This document shows, piece by piece, positions 14,801-30,000 of a stretch of DNA of 64,000 bases. The stretch is from contig CM082586.2 of NCBI GenBank assembly GCA_040954595.2, positions 3,516,349-3,580,348 on the forward strand, given 5' to 3'. Under the pieces are notes generated by a model. That model was not told where the DNA came from. It did not search any database and saw only the letters and a list, made by a program, of their open reading frames with translations. The translations under genes were made by a program, and so were the position numbers. Origin of the DNA: Balanoglossus misakiensis (lineage: Eukaryota; Animalia; Hemichordata). Numbering within the stretch: position 1 is the first letter of the stretch; every line of letters begins with the position of its first letter.

Positions 14801-17627
14801 GTTCATGTGTTTCTGGAAGGTGAACGAACTCCCCACCCCGACCTTCAATCCAAATGGTTTCTTGAAGTGGAATTCTGCCATAAGTGGCAGGATTTCAGAA
14901 AAATGCAAGCCCTTCAGATAGTGCTATTCTTTCCTACATCAATGTCGAGTCTGAAAGAATGAAAAAGCAAATTGACAATGTTTATTTTTTTCACTACAGA
15001 AAATTAACAAAACAATTTTCCAAATGTTTAACGCACATGAGGCAGCCATGTGCTTTAATCAATTACTTCTATTAAACATGACTTTAATTTAAAAATAAAA
15101 TTAAATGGGCTTCATTTTCCTGTTGCATTTAATAAGCAACATTCCTACTTCATATTTCACTAATTCAACATACTTATTACAGGGTAACACTTTCGTCTGC
15201 AGGAAAACACTGGGATCACGTGTATAAACGGGTTGAAAGTACGGTTGGTCACAGCGTACTACGTCCGGGACTGTTAACCCGACAGTGCAGAGTACGCCAG
15301 CTTTGACTTTTCTTTCCCCGCTTCTCAAACGAGTTGCCATGGTTAATGATAGAAACTGGCAATAAGAGCCTATGGCGGCAATGATACTAACTGTGCGTTG
15401 TTTACAACGCCAACGGTGAGTTCGAAAGTAAACCAGAGTGAACCAGACTGTGGCTTTGACTGTCTCGGGTTTCTTCTATTGCACTCGATGGCTCTGTCGA
15501 GTTGGACTTTTCCTTTGCAGTGTTTGTCGTGCATTGCGTGGCCTTTAGTGAATCCCGTTTTTCAGCATTCACGATGTGGCGGTTAAAACTTGATTGATGA
15601 CCACACATTCTGTAATTCCATTCTACTTTATACAATTATTCCATTCTATTCTGGGCCAATTCAGTCAAGTCGAGTCATGTACGGCCAATCAGTTTTCACC
15701 AAAGTAATAGCACTGACTAAATGAATACAGCAGTGCGCTGACAACGTTTACTATTTGTGCAATCAAACTTTTATTCCGCTTGCGACATGTACAAAGCCCC
15801 AATCCCTTTGCAGTTCCCATTCATAAACCATGGCACCCGGCAACTTTGCAATTGTCTGCCTGTCTATCTCTCTGTTTGTCTTTCTCTGTCTGTATCTCTC
15901 AACACTAGTGTATGGAAGGCCTGAGACGTGTGTGGATTAATTAATCAATCAAATAATAATGAATATATAAATCAATCAATTAATGTTAATTAATTGAATA
16001 ATTGAATATTCACTATTTTAATGGGCATTCTGTTTTTCACCGGTCCAGTGTTTCTGCGTCTTCAACAGAAGAGAGGTGTATTTAACAATTGGGTTCCAAC
16101 CAGGGAAAACAGGTTGGAACACAGTGACGATGCCAACATTTGCGACGCTCGAACCGGTCGCCGTTCTGTTACTGAACACTTTTTTCAACGAAGATTCAGT
16201 GGACATAATAGAAGAAGCAACGGTCACTCTATGACGTAATAGGACTGACACCGCTATTTATTATACCAGTGACCTTGCGCTGGGAACCGGGCCAAGCGTG
16301 TTTGCGGTTTGCCTGTGTTTGCACAGTGGTCCCGGATTAGGATAGCGGAAACTGCCCGGTCGGGACGTTGGTTTTCCACCGATATAAACAACCTAATCTG
16401 CTGGTGATTTATACACCGGCGAATGACCCACTTGGCCGGGTGAGCTGTCTACCACCACCGTGTAAACATGGGTGATTTACGCCTAAAAGTTCATAAACAA
16501 CACTTCATTTTTAGGCCGCAGCCTGCCCTCTGTACAGTGTACTGAGATGGGTATATTTATCTTGTGGAGCGAGGGAGAATTAGTAAAATTAATAAAACGT
16601 TATTTTTTTCCAAGTTTCCGAGTTTTTCCCTGAAACATTTTGTCTGCCATAGAAACAATACGAGGAATTCATTCTGATATGTTACAATTTCTATGAAGGC
16701 TGCCATTACATAGCTTTGGACATTATAAACCCTCCATATTCGATTTTCCACTTGACGCCCATGTTGGTGACTCGTTCCGTATTTAATACAGGATAGTATT
16801 ATGATGGAAATGTGTTTTGCAGTTCGCGTTTTGGCACTTTGCCAAATAGAGCACGAACCATAATATGCGTGCGCGCATTTCCCGGCGGCCTCTCTATGGA
16901 TCTCTGTTCAAAATCACTTATAACTCATATCATCTCATTCTTGCTTTTTGCTCGGTTTAATTAAATATCCCGGGCGATGAATGCACCAGTTCTGCCCGGG
17001 TGGCCCAGATTACATAATCAAACTCAAGGTTATCCCAAAGTTTGACGAACTCCGGTGACACGCGGTTGTTGGCCCCTGGATATGACGTCATACAGAGTTT
17101 GCGGGGCTTGCATAATGAAATACCGGCCGGCGGGCAATATACTAGTATTTCCTCTACAGATATTAGTGGCGTGTGTCAACAACAATGGACATGGTCGATT
17201 AATTGCACTATGGGTAAAAAGGTCGACAAATCACTGCAGTATTTCACGGCTTCCGTTGGCAGACTGGTCATCTTGAAATTGTGGGATTATCATGTCTCAA
17301 CTAGGAAGCTATAATCTATTCAAGAGAGTGAGAATTCCCAGCTGTAGAAATATTCACACCAAAGGTTCAAGGTCGACAACATTCAGGCAAATTTTCCAGG
17401 GACTGCATGGTGGTGAAGTGTAATGCACTTTGTACTGAAAATGTTTCTACGTCAATGGGTGAAAATACGTTTGCTTGCATTCGCCACAGGATTTCGTTTC
17501 CATGACTTTGCAACGTAAATATTGTTGAAATCAGGAAAATGCCCAGGAAAAAAGTCCTGTTGACGTCAATAGAATTTGTCAAAATGTCCGTTAAAGTTTA
17601 GGTGGTGCACGTGGTGATAGTAAGAGC

Positions 17628-17702
<75 letters not shown>
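17628..17702. repeat. (GAT)25 trinucleotide microsatellite
   Basis: Perfect GAT run; it explains the poly-Ser ORF at 17591-17785. Confidence 0.95.
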
Positions 17703-20700
17703 AGTGGTGGTGGTTGTGGTGGTGATTTATTTTGCTTCAAGTGTAGTTCTCCGTAGATTGGACATATATCTAAAGTAATATGCAAAAAAAATCCAACAAA
17801 TCATGAATCCCCGCAAGTGCGTTTGGACTGAGTCATCGGGCATGTTATGTACGAAACCAGCCTTTGATTTTATCGACAACAAAAACAGCTGAGAGACAAA
17901 ATAAATCATTATCGGGTAGCGCACACGCACCGTCCTCAAGGCCGCATATTACTGGAACCAAATTTTTGTGGACTCTCACTTGCTGGCGAGCATTGCGGCG
18001 ACATTTGACAGGGTATTCACCTCTATACCGACGCGCAGTCATTGTCGGTATAGATGCTTGCGACGCCGGCAGCTGATACTACCGGGCCGTGGTGTAATTA
18101 ACTTCGACCGAGCCGCACTGATTTATCAGCATAGCAAAGGTTTCAATGTATGCATTGAAAGAAAAATGACAGAATGGAAAAAAAAGCTTTTCAAATATGC
18201 CTTCAGGTAAATGATGTTTACACGGAGAATAATGTTTACCCGCAAAAAAGTCAAGCAAATGCGTCAGAACTCGTGATTCAGTCGCAATATTACAAAGGTA
18301 GCGAAGTATTCGAAATGCGGCTTATTATATTAGAGAGGTCAGAAAGTCTGTTAAGACGTCACCCAGGCAGCTGAATACACAGCAAGAAGCTACATATTTG
18401 TTAGTAAAGATTATCTTACAGCTAGCCATATCAGTTCTGCACAGTAAACACTGATGATGCATAATTCAAGCGTTGAAAAATATTATTTTCTTTTCACTAT
18501 GATGTGCGTCCCGTTTCCTGTCACAGCGCGTCGCGTACCCGGGGACTTTGGAGCAGCATAGCCGTGTAGCTGAGTTTGCAAAACGGGTAAACAAGAAACA
18601 GATGAAACATTGAGAGACAAAATAACACCAAAAGTGGTGACAAAAGTGAAGAACACGACTTTTTGCAGCCTCGAAAACATGCACTGACGTTACGGTCACT
18701 GGTACTTAGAATTTCTTGTGTTCGATATCTGTACTGTGATATTGTGTGTGGAAGTGGTTTTCTATAATACGCACAACGCATGCGCCTTTGTCACGACTGG
18801 CCAAGGCATTTACAACGTGACACACAATCATTGTCTCGGGACCATATCTACGTGCCAATTTCGGCGTGCGACGAAACATTGCGTCAGGCTGGCTTTCATA
18901 TAAAGGAGGAATCAAAGATGGGCGTGAGGTCACCGGCCGTGATTATGCCTCCGACTAAAAGAGGAATAAAGGAGGTATATACGAGATTCGCAAACGAGCT
19001 CATGCCTATTGTTATTGCGGGTGATGATGTCATGTTGTCTGCGTGACTCAGTGACCGAGAGAGAAAGTACGAATGCCGTTTAAAGATGGCCTTAGTGAAA
19101 AAGTACATGAAACGTGCGAGAAATCCTAGATTATGAAAATAAAATAAATTCAACGAAAGCACTATTGTAATTTGCAGTCTGCAGACAGGTTATTGACAGG
19201 GATTTGGTGTCAGATGATTTTGGCATCTAATTTATTTTTCTGTGTCTGGATTACAATTTGAGCGGAAAACAAAAAGACAATAGCGTCCTTTAAATCATTC
19301 CGCAATCTTGGACAATCATGAGATCAACGACCGGCATTTACAGAACCGACGTGGCAGTTTCATCAGAACCGTCGCACGGGCGACGACCTTCGTGGCGGCT
19401 GATATCCGAGCACATGCCTACTTGTTGATGTTTTTTGTGTGCGATTGTCTGCGGGGTTTTAATTGATCATGTAATATGATGTGTGTAATACTAGCTTCTA
19501 AATGCGGTAATCTTAGATTGTACACAATGCGTCCAAGACTGACAAACTCTCGCCTTATCACGTATCCCTACAGGTTACCCAGGCCTACTTAAATGTATTT
19601 CGCCGATGACCGCGCCCGGATGACCGCCATGGTCATTTAGCGTGTTTAGGCGAGCAGAATAACATTGATTTCCCATCGCAAGAAATAAAACTAACCAAAT
19701 AATTCAACCGTCAATATTTCGTCTGTTGTGCGTGTGTTTACCGGTGGGAAACATATTCCCTCGCTTGGTTCGGTTGTGTTTGCAGGGACCAGTTGCCCTA
19801 GGCATTGAAAAAAATATATCCCCTCACTGAATGAATAATTGAGTTGCCGACCGTGGTGAAAACAACAACAACATATCACGGGCCTGTTAAAACAAGAAAA
19901 ACCCCGATCGATAACACGATTCCACAACAAACAATATTAAAATCGAAGGTTTCCGGTGAACGCCCGATCCGTGACCTCACAGCGACCCCACACTGGCACT
20001 GAACCTTTCCAATTATGGGGCCATCTAATGCAAAGCTAGGGAGTTATTAAACGTTTAACTATAACACGTGCCCCCTAGCTTGTAAGTGAGTTCTCGAGAT
20101 GAGAAAACCATCACATGCATTAGGAAGAGAATTAGGACTAAACACTGCTATTTTAAATACATGTACTCCCCCCCTAATTCTGGAATGTCTAAGCATAGAC
20201 CTTGGGTCTGTGGTCTAAGACAAAGCATGCTGATTTCAACAATGGCTATTGTTTTCATTCACGCTGACGCGACCACCTGTAAGAAGAGTAACAGATTGAC
20301 TATTCAGCGACTGGCGATTACACACGGCCAGTGTGTATCACTCTTTAATTATTTCCTTGTCCAATCAGTACATATAATCTCATCGTCTGTAATAAAACTG
20401 TTTTAATTTTGGGGAACAACACATCACACCGATACAACACGCAACTACAAATGCGTTGTCGCGTGCATAAATTGTACACAGCCGATGAAGGTCGTCATGA
20501 CACGCCAATATTTTTTTTAATTTATCACACGCGATATTTTACTCACGTAGGTACAGGTGTACATTTTACCGGCCTCAATAACTATGAACAACGACATCTG
20601 TTTTTTTATTGTCTGATTACGGGCAGATCAGGAAAATTGTATTTTCATTAAAAAAATGTTCTTTTACGTTTTTGATAAACACTTTTGACAACCAAAGAGA

Positions 20701-23700
20701 CCCAGTTGATTGATAATCGCTTTGTTGCGAAAACACCTAATTTTAGTTTCCGGACTCGGGTGTTATTTTCATTTTCTATTGTAATATGACACATATATGC
20801 GGAAAGCGCGATCGAGGTTCAGCTTAGGAAAAAACCTTTGTTGTAAAATCTCGGAAATATTAGTCGGCGTCCCCGTTTCCTTTCGCAGGCGTCACCCCTG
20901 GCACGTAAGCCATCGGCGGTGTCATAAGCCTATACATGTATTCTATGTATATTGTTTTTTTGCGTGTGTGTGTTTTTAAATTGTTTTGAGTACTGTGCAG
21001 TTCCGCAGACGTAATAAAATGACAGAAATGGTGCGCTGCCAAAATGTACTGGTATACATTGTCCCGTGCTAGCTCACCAGTGGCGTCTGCCCGACCACGC
21101 GGTACCGGTATAGGCTGGCGCATGCAATCTGCTGTTTCGTTGAAAATTTAAAGTAAAACCATAGAATCACAATATGGTTCACTATCCATAGCGTCCTTTG
21201 TTTAAACGGATAAACACATTTAGGCGTTTAATCGACCAGACGCGCCAGGTTGCCCATTTCTCACCATAAACATGTTACCACTCCGGCCAATAGTGGCCAG
21301 GGCGAGGGATGCACGCGGTTCAAGGTCGACGCGCTTCTGAAGCCAATCAGGTGCCTCCTGCATTGTTCTGGCAACGCGTTAATTGGCATTTTCCACGCGA
21401 GACCAAGGCCACACGGCAGGCAGTAATCCCAGCTTCAACTTTTATTGTTTTCGAGGCTTGTTTTTCCCCAAATGTTTTCTCAGGCAAAACAATGCGTGGG
21501 TCGAATCTGCATTGTTGCGAGTTCGCCTGGCCTCTCGTCCGCCCCAGCATGGTCACACTCCACACAATGCACGTGACCGTGGCCCTAGTCAGATAAACGT
21601 TAACTCTTCGTTGATTTACCTATTATCTCGAATTTCTTTTTGCAAATGTCTAATGTCGTGAATATCAAATTTTGTGGAAGTGTTGTACATAGAAAAGCGG
21701 CCAACTCCGCCTCATCACATAGTATGCCACACAAGAATTTAGAATACAAACAGTTTTGTTTTCGATCTATTGGCTCCGCGCCCACAGCCATAAAGCCATA
21801 CAAGTCATATGTACTTCTATTTAGACGTGAACTTCCGAAATAATATTCTAGGCGAAATAATGAGCTAATGTCCAAATAACTCGACGCTTCCTGTTTGCGG
21901 TCATGTGCGAAAACTCTATGACATTGCCTGAAAACAACTACTGCTCCGACCCCATAGGCAGGCAATGCACCAATCACCGACCGTGAATATAAGTGACCAC
22001 CTGTTACGCTAATTATTAATCCACGCATTCAAGAGCTTTGCCACCCCCTTTTCGCACATGGAGGGATAACAGATTTTACCAAAAACATGTTAGCAAAATG
22101 AGTAAAAAAAGTCGATGTATCACAGAAAAATATGAATATCTGGAGAAGCTGGCGAACACACAGCGAGGCCACAAGTTCAACAGCGATACACAGTAACCCA
22201 TACACCTGTTCCAAATAAAACACATTGAACTATCTTTGTATATGCCAACTTTTAAAACTTGTCGCGCGACAGCTTGCCTGCCACGATGCGGCTGATCGAT
22301 TTATCGGCACAGAAATCGGGGCCAGCAGTAAACACACAATTTAATAGAACCATTTGGGTCAGCAAGTCAGTGCACTGTGCCCTGCTCATTGAGATGTTTA
22401 AATATAGTAAACCGAGATCAGCTCGAAACCAATCGGCGAAAGCAATATGGGCGCCGCCGTGTGTATTTTGGGAGCCGTCGTGTACTGGGACAAATTTTTG
22501 CACCGAAGCGAAGTGAAATTCAGAGTACTGATGATAACGTTCAGATCGTCAGATCGCTTCATTATGTGAGGATTTTAAAGCACTGCATGTAAAACCCAAC
22601 CCTTTCCGTACTGTTAAAGATAGAGTTCTCACAAGAGCACGTATCTGTAAACACCGACTAATTTTACTCTGCAAGAAACCCGAGCAATTTTACAAAAAAT
22701 CATGCGCGGCTATTTTTGTGTTTATATGATTCTGTCTCTGTTATCACTTATATACGTTCATTGACGTCACTTTGCCGAGATTTCACGTCATGGTGACGTC
22801 CGTTCTCTGTTATTGATCAGTGGACTTTTAACCTAAACTTCTGTTTGTTAAGACACGGTGCTGCATGCTACGTGTACATCAGGATAACAGAGTATTGTTA
22901 TGAGTTGTTTAGAAATTATTTTGCAAGAAAATTAAGGATGGAATCAAAGTTTTGCATGCCTATAGAACGGTTAAAACAAAATGACGAAATGGAAAGACGC
23001 AGCGACGCGCATTTGGAATTTTGACGACGATCATAACAACCAACAGCTCAACCGAACGTTGGCGTGGAATCCGGATATTTATATGAATATGTCACACCGA
23101 TGTTTCCAACATTCGCTCATTTCCTCTGACTTTTAAAACATCCTCCTTTGCCAGCTTTTTTTCTTTCATCTGGCTCTGTTGGGTACCCGCTTGGGTGGTA
23201 AATAGGTGTCGTCATAGCTTCGTCGGAGTGACTGTTTCGTTGATTGCTAGAACTATGGATCCATCGCTCGCTCTTGTTGTCTCATTCGTGTTGTTTCTGT
23301 CTTTCAGGTGATGATGACGTACACTGCCTTCGACAATCTGCTGGTAGCGTGACAAATCATCGACGCTCAAGCCAGCGCATGAAAGACAGGGTTACCACCA
23401 GAACTTGAACCAGTAGATCTACAGTATCAGTTTTAATAGTTGACCGACTATCTGTTTGTGCTATCTGTCTCTCCCTCTTCCTCTGACACCACGTGCTCCC
23501 TCGTGTGTGTATCTATACGTCACTCTGCAGCAGTTTCACCACAAAAGAATGAAATGCGAAAACTACCGGTGATGACAATACATTGTTGATTGACGAGACG
23601 ACGACGTGGTATAATATTTATCAAAATGTTTTTAAGCATCTCGATATTCTAAGGACACTAACATACTTCTCTTCATGATCACTTGTCCGCAACTCGTGTG

Positions 23701-26700
23701 CTCCGGACCGTAACGCGACGACGATCGACCGGCCTTGCGCCTTGAACACGTGACCGCCAGGCCTGTAGGGGCGTGGCAACGGGCTGGTGGCAGAACCAGA
23801 AAGAGGTGCCGGCGGCTGTGACGTCGTACTTATTATTGACGGAGTTGAAGGATGCGTGAAAAGCGCCTAAGGATAGTCCAAGTCCATCAACCGCAGCACC
23901 GCCCCGGTTCCCTCAAAACAGCACAAATAGAATTGGCCTGAACCTTGACAATGAATGTTATTTCTACGCCAGGCTGTTCTGACTCGCTTTCACTTATACA
24001 GTTCGGGTACTGGGAGCTGTGTGCATGGTAGACGTTCACCGTGTCACGTACTCCGCACGCCGGCGCTGCAACGAAAACAAGCCGCAAATCGGGCCAAATA
24101 TTTGACGTGGCCTTGCCCCTAATTTTTAGCCCCACGAGACTAATGAGACGGCAAATTTCTGCAATTTTACTTTGTGGAAATAGAAACATTACCATTATTC
24201 CAAAGGGGTTCAGTTTATTTCTGTTTTCAAAAAGCAATATGGCACAAAGCACATAGTTCAGTTATTATTCCAATCCAGAGGAAAAGACTTTTGAATGAAA
24301 CTGGAAACTGGACACGGTTTTGGAGAGTGGCTGAAATACGTAAACACAATCGTAGAGGAAAAAGTTCTTGTTGCTGTAGTACACTGTTGCCTTGGTGATA
24401 AGTAGTTACTTGGGTTATCCGTAAAGGTGTTGACAGTTGTGTGAACATGTGAATACGTCGGCGGTCTTTCGAGTGGAATGCCGATACAGAGGGCGAGGAA
24501 TTCCTAGCGAAAGAGGGAGGGGGGAGAGAGAGCGAGAGAGAGAAAATGAGAGAGAGAAACAGTGCTTAGCGTGCGCGCATTCTATGCATGCGCAATAAAG
24601 CAGACATGAGCAAAATGCTTGTACACGCATCTCCGAATTTTAGGCCACTACCAATGCTGGTGACCTCGGGGTCGTTGGCCAGGATAGGTCAAGGCCAAAT
24701 CTGTCAATCATTCCAGACTGATGTTGTTTTCCAGGTATCAACGGACGCGTCGTGTGCGTTACCCGACCCAGCCGTGCGATATCGAATAACAGGTCCTCGT
24801 TAATCAGCAACGTGGTATCACGTGACCTGTTTCACGGGGCTGGTTTTGGTCAACAACCGGGACTGTTGTCTGACGATATTTAATAAATGAAAGCGATCCC
24901 TAGCCCCCGACTCTTCGCGTGGTATTTGTCCCTTCGATTAATTGGTTGGCCTTGGGATAGAAAAGGACTTCGGAACAAAATGCAAACTAAACAACAAGAT
25001 AACTTAAACAGAAAGGGGTCACACGGAAAAGGGAAATTAAAAACACCAACGAGGGAAACAATATTACACCTGACAAAATAGCCTGGGAAATTGTCGAACG
25101 ATGTGCCAAAATGCTTGAATTCCACGACTCTCAAAGCAGAATCTTAGTTCTCCAGTAGAACCCAAGTTTCTCTCTATAGGGCGCATTGTTCTTCTACCAG
25201 CTCTGAATTGACCCACCTCTGCTCTGTGCTACTACCAGTAACATTCGTGCAATAAAATATCCAACTGTTCCAGGGCACAACTTTTTTTTATTTCTGAAGC
25301 AATGGCTCTCGAAATCACCTCCTTCCAGGAGAAAAAGAGACCAAAACTGGGGACTTCTGGAGCCATGTTGGATCGGATTGCAAACACATATCATGTGACA
25401 ATAGACAAAGCAAGGAAGAGACATTTCAGATTTGGGGTGTATAGGGGAGAGGGTGCCTGATTTGCCTGATTTTTGTTTTGGAAAACCGTCCACCCTAGAT
25501 ATCAAAGTATTCTCCACTGCTGATTGACTGATTGCGAAGACTAGCCAGTTCAATAAACTCCCCCCATTGATTTCAGACAATATAGTAAAAGCAACGCCGA
25601 CAGGGCGAGAAATGCAACATTTTCTTTCATAAGCTAGGCTCGTTAACGCTGTCATTAGACTATCAACGGCTGCAATCGAGGGGAATTGATGTGTTGGTTC
25701 AAATATGTGTCAATACTTTGTTTGTTCTCAAGGTCATCTGTGCCAATAGTCATCGCAAATTTGCGTCATGTTGGTACTAATTTATGCACCGTCACACATC
25801 CCATCCCTAACAAAAGACGAGCGTATGTTATGTCAGTGTCAACGACAAGGTGCGCAGAATAGAACCAGACTCGCAGTTGATTGACAGGGCGTGACGTCAC
25901 ACACCGTTCTCTGCTAGTCAACCAGCGTTCCAATCTACATGTATTCGATTTGAACGTGTGTATCTGAACAAAGTATTAAGCTTGCTTCTAACACGAGGTG
26001 TACAGGGAGATAAACAATATTTCACGATAACGTATAAAAAGACGTTTTAAGTTCTTGTTACGGTGTTCAGCCCCTGATGTACAGTGCACATTTTTTCTCC
26101 GCAAAGCTAAAATCTGTTAGTACACATGTTCATGTACTTTATGCAGAGTGTCGAGTCTAAATAAATCTTTGTAACACCTTATGTACACATACCTCAATTA
26201 TGAGTGCCATGTATTTATTTCAAGTAGAGCATCAGTATGTATAAAAAAAACAAAAAAACAAAACAACAACACGTGATTTCAGCAGCCTTCGGTTGGATTA
26301 TAACAGAAAAGACGTTTTTTCGGTCTGTTTTAAAAACTGACGAGGCAGAAAAAAGAAAACATTGATAATGACAAGGCGCGCCCCGTGCAAATATTGTTAT
26401 AACCTCGTTCATATGAGAAATAATACTCTATAATCAACAACAAACCTCAATAAAAATCATCGCCATTAATTTTCCCCGTTCGCCTTGAATTTGCCAGGTT
26501 CGTTATTGCTGATGACAAGTGTATACAAGCCATAAATTGGCAGGGCCCATCTGGTATTGCAGAACAACGAAACAGATACCCTACTTCCAATCTCAATAAA
26601 AATCGCCAAAGGCTTTCATCACTGCCCAACATGTCTGGTTATGACAAATCATATTTTTTCTCAACAACGGAAAAGAAAATTGCCTTATAATCAAATTTCT

Positions 26701-26998
26701 TCTATCCATCTCTGGGTGAATGCCCCTGGGTTACTGTGTAAAGCTGCATTGTCTCATAATCGGTCGTCGCTTATGCTTGGAACAGTTTCTTATTTCTAGG
26801 AAGGCAGACAGATTATCCTTAAATCGGAACCCCTATAGCAGCAATAATCTACAGAAGCTAACATGTCCAACGGACACAGAGAATCGGTTCTCACGCTATA
26901 ACAAACGTAGACCAATATGCTATGATATGATCAGATATGACTGACAAGATATGATATGATCTGATTATACACATATATTATATGCCCTCTCTATGTTC

Positions 26999-26999
<1 letters not shown>

Positions 27000-27047
<48 letters not shown>
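27000..27047. repeat. (CTGT)n(CT)n compound microsatellite
   Basis: Read directly from the sequence. Confidence 0.9.
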
Positions 27048-30000
27048 GTACGAAGGCAAATTATTTGATAATTAAACATTTATAAAAGAAAAGATTCGCC
27101 TTATCAACTTTTCGATTATACTGTTCGGAGCCTAACTTGTTTTCGTTGAAGTTAAGTGGCAGTTAAATTATTAGCATGATAATAAGCCTGTCTCTATCTT
27201 CCTCTATTGTACGTCTCGGGGCGATACAGCTATACACATCTTGGTGTTTTCATTTCCAAGCTTGTATCCATTCAATTTAAGGTTCTGAACACCGATTCAT
27301 CTGTATAACGCTGTGTATACACTGGGAGAGCAAATGTATTGAGCTGCGCCGGCTCAATAGTCCAAGGATGAAAAAATGCAATTCAAATCCTCGGTGACGG
27401 TGAAAAGAACAAAGGAAGGCGGCAGCTCTGATCGTTTCGCCCGGGTACCGACCTCTCCATCTCCCGCAAGCGTCGCCCATGGCAGGTCGGATCGAGAAAA
27501 AAAATGCTCCATCTTTCATATTGACATTATTGATGTATCAATCGAAGATTCGCTATTAATGGCCTTATACAATTTGCCTGTAAACGATTATTGCGCGAGC
27601 GTTCACTTTGACTTGACCTTGGCAGTGTAATTATTTGCATATCGGTTCAATGAACTCGCCACCACGGAGAGGGCAGCGCAGACCCGGCAATATCTATAGG
27701 AGGATGAACACCGTATTTAATTATTGATGGCAGAAGAGTGCCTCCAAGAAATTTTCGCAACTTTTATCGTTAGTGGACACTTTAATCGGCGAGAAGTAGT
27801 TCTGATGTGTCCGACCAAATGAGTCTAGAATCGTCGAGTTTACGTGACATTAAACTTGACAAGGTCGCATCTGATCGAAGTCGGGGAACGACAAATAATC
27901 ATTCCAGAACCTTTTTTGCGATATAAAAGGAAATGTGAAATTGCGCAGCGTTGATACGAATTAACGATGATGAAAAAATCTGGTCGTAGTTATTGCTAGA
28001 GTCCGCGACAAAAGCCGGTCGAAATTAGCCAAGATTATTATAACACAAGCATACTGTTTAATAGCGAGTCTATTAAAACGAGGCTTGCGGTCTCCCGGTG
28101 AACGGCAGCTTGTGTTCTCGATGACGCATGCTTTGTATTCTGCGAAACGCGTATCTGTGTCGCGCCGACCGCCGGTAAGAAGTATAGTCGGTCATGTTTC
28201 ATGGGTTTCCGGTGCTTCTGTCGGTTTATCTCGTTTTACATCATCGGCTACTCTACCCAGGTGATAAAATGGCTGTAGCATGTACGGAACACGAATTAAA
28301 GAAGTCACAATCACTTAAATTGAGAAGGTGTGTTTTGATGGACATCCATTTGGAAAGAGGGAGATTTATTGCTTGTTTTTAGCGATAAAAAGAACAAGCT
28401 ACGGAGAAGGGTTTTACGTTCAACTACCAACACTGATTGAAAACTCCGTAAGGGAGCAGCCTTTATACCACAAGTGGGAGGGGCAAGACCGTTTTGCTTT
28501 GTCTCTGGCTCAATCAACAAAGCATGGTCGTGATTCAACACGCCTCTTCTCTTTTTATATGCACACCGCCTTTTTCGCTTTCATGGCTCAGGACTATTAT
28601 TGTTAAACAGCGGGTCCATGGCGCGTCGACAACCTTCCAAGCAGATGCAGCAGGGGTGATAATGGAAGTGTTATAAATAGAACTGAACGCGTAAAAGGCC
28701 ATCACAAAAGCGTTCCTGTACACGATCACGATGGCGACCGAACGAATGTTATCAGGATAATGGTTTTCCTTATGAAATCTAAAAAGAATAGCCGGCCGGG
28801 TAAACACGGCCACTCCAGAAATTGACCGCAGGGAGAATAAAAACACGCTGAGCGACATTCTTTAGGGCCGAACCAGCTAATATGAGGGTGTGTGCTCAGC
28901 AGAGAATCAATTATTGAACCACTATGATGACAATTTCCCCCAGAAGCTCGAACGAACGTATTACAAGCAGGCGCGAGTCAGAAAACCTTCTTAATATTTA
29001 TTTCCACCGAGTAATCCGACCCGATATGTAGGATTAATTATGAAACAATTTCTGAAAGCAGGTTGCTTATCGGCTTTCTCTGATTGCAAAATGTTTTCAG
29101 ATAAGGCTAATAAATATTTCAAAGGAAAATAATCGTCTCACGGTGCAAAAGTTCAATGTCAACTTGAACTGATGCGGCAACCAGGGATTGAGAACCGCAT
29201 CTTTGAAGGATAATTGATTACAAATCTCGCCATAGGCGACAGCTCCGAAGACCATTGAAACCAACAATATGTGCCAAGAAAAGTTGGTCGAGCGCATAAC
29301 AGCTAATAATTTAAACCTCCCCGGTAGCAAACTTTTGTCCTGCTGTACATAAAAGCAAATGTTCTCTTTCACACTTGACCAGCAAAGTTTTTCTCTCTCT
29401 AAAATCCTCCACTCACTCCCCGAATATCAAATGGTCCGCCCCTTTGATATCTTTACCACATGCGGTCAATAAAACCGCTTAATTGACACCGGGTTTGGCA
29501 CCCCCGGTCGCCGCCTGAAATCGTGGCTTACGTGCAGCTACGTTGTTGCTTCATGGATACGTTGACTTTAACATTGACACGTACGTATACGCAACGAGAT
29601 GAATTATGGGACATTTGAGCCAAGGCTAACTTGCTCTATTTTTGATTAGCATACAGTTGGTATATAATGCTAGCAGGAGTGCATCCACCCCAGGTTCTTA
29701 TTTAGGTCAGCTAAGTATCGATTAGCCCTATCGGCATGGCACATTCGGACGATGCGAACCGGCCGGCTGTATCTGTGTATGATGTACTGGAGGTGGCGTG
29801 ACAGCGCACGTAGACAGCAAACCAATCCCAGGCCCCGACACGTCAACAACACATTTTCCGATTCTCCATATTAATAATCTATGCGTGCACACGTGACCGT
29901 GATCCGGTTAGCAACCTGTCTTTAGCAATCGCAAGTGGGAAAAACGCCGATTCCGGGATCGGTATTTTATGGACACATAGTCCGTCCCTGTGGCTTGAGG

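Noticed and set aside
17591-17785. Poly-Ser ORF
   Set aside because: Translation of the (GAT)n microsatellite.
23380-23401. TGAAAGACA resembling the 5' end of miR-71
   Set aside because: Only the first 9 nt match and the surrounding fold is branched, not a pre-miRNA hairpin.
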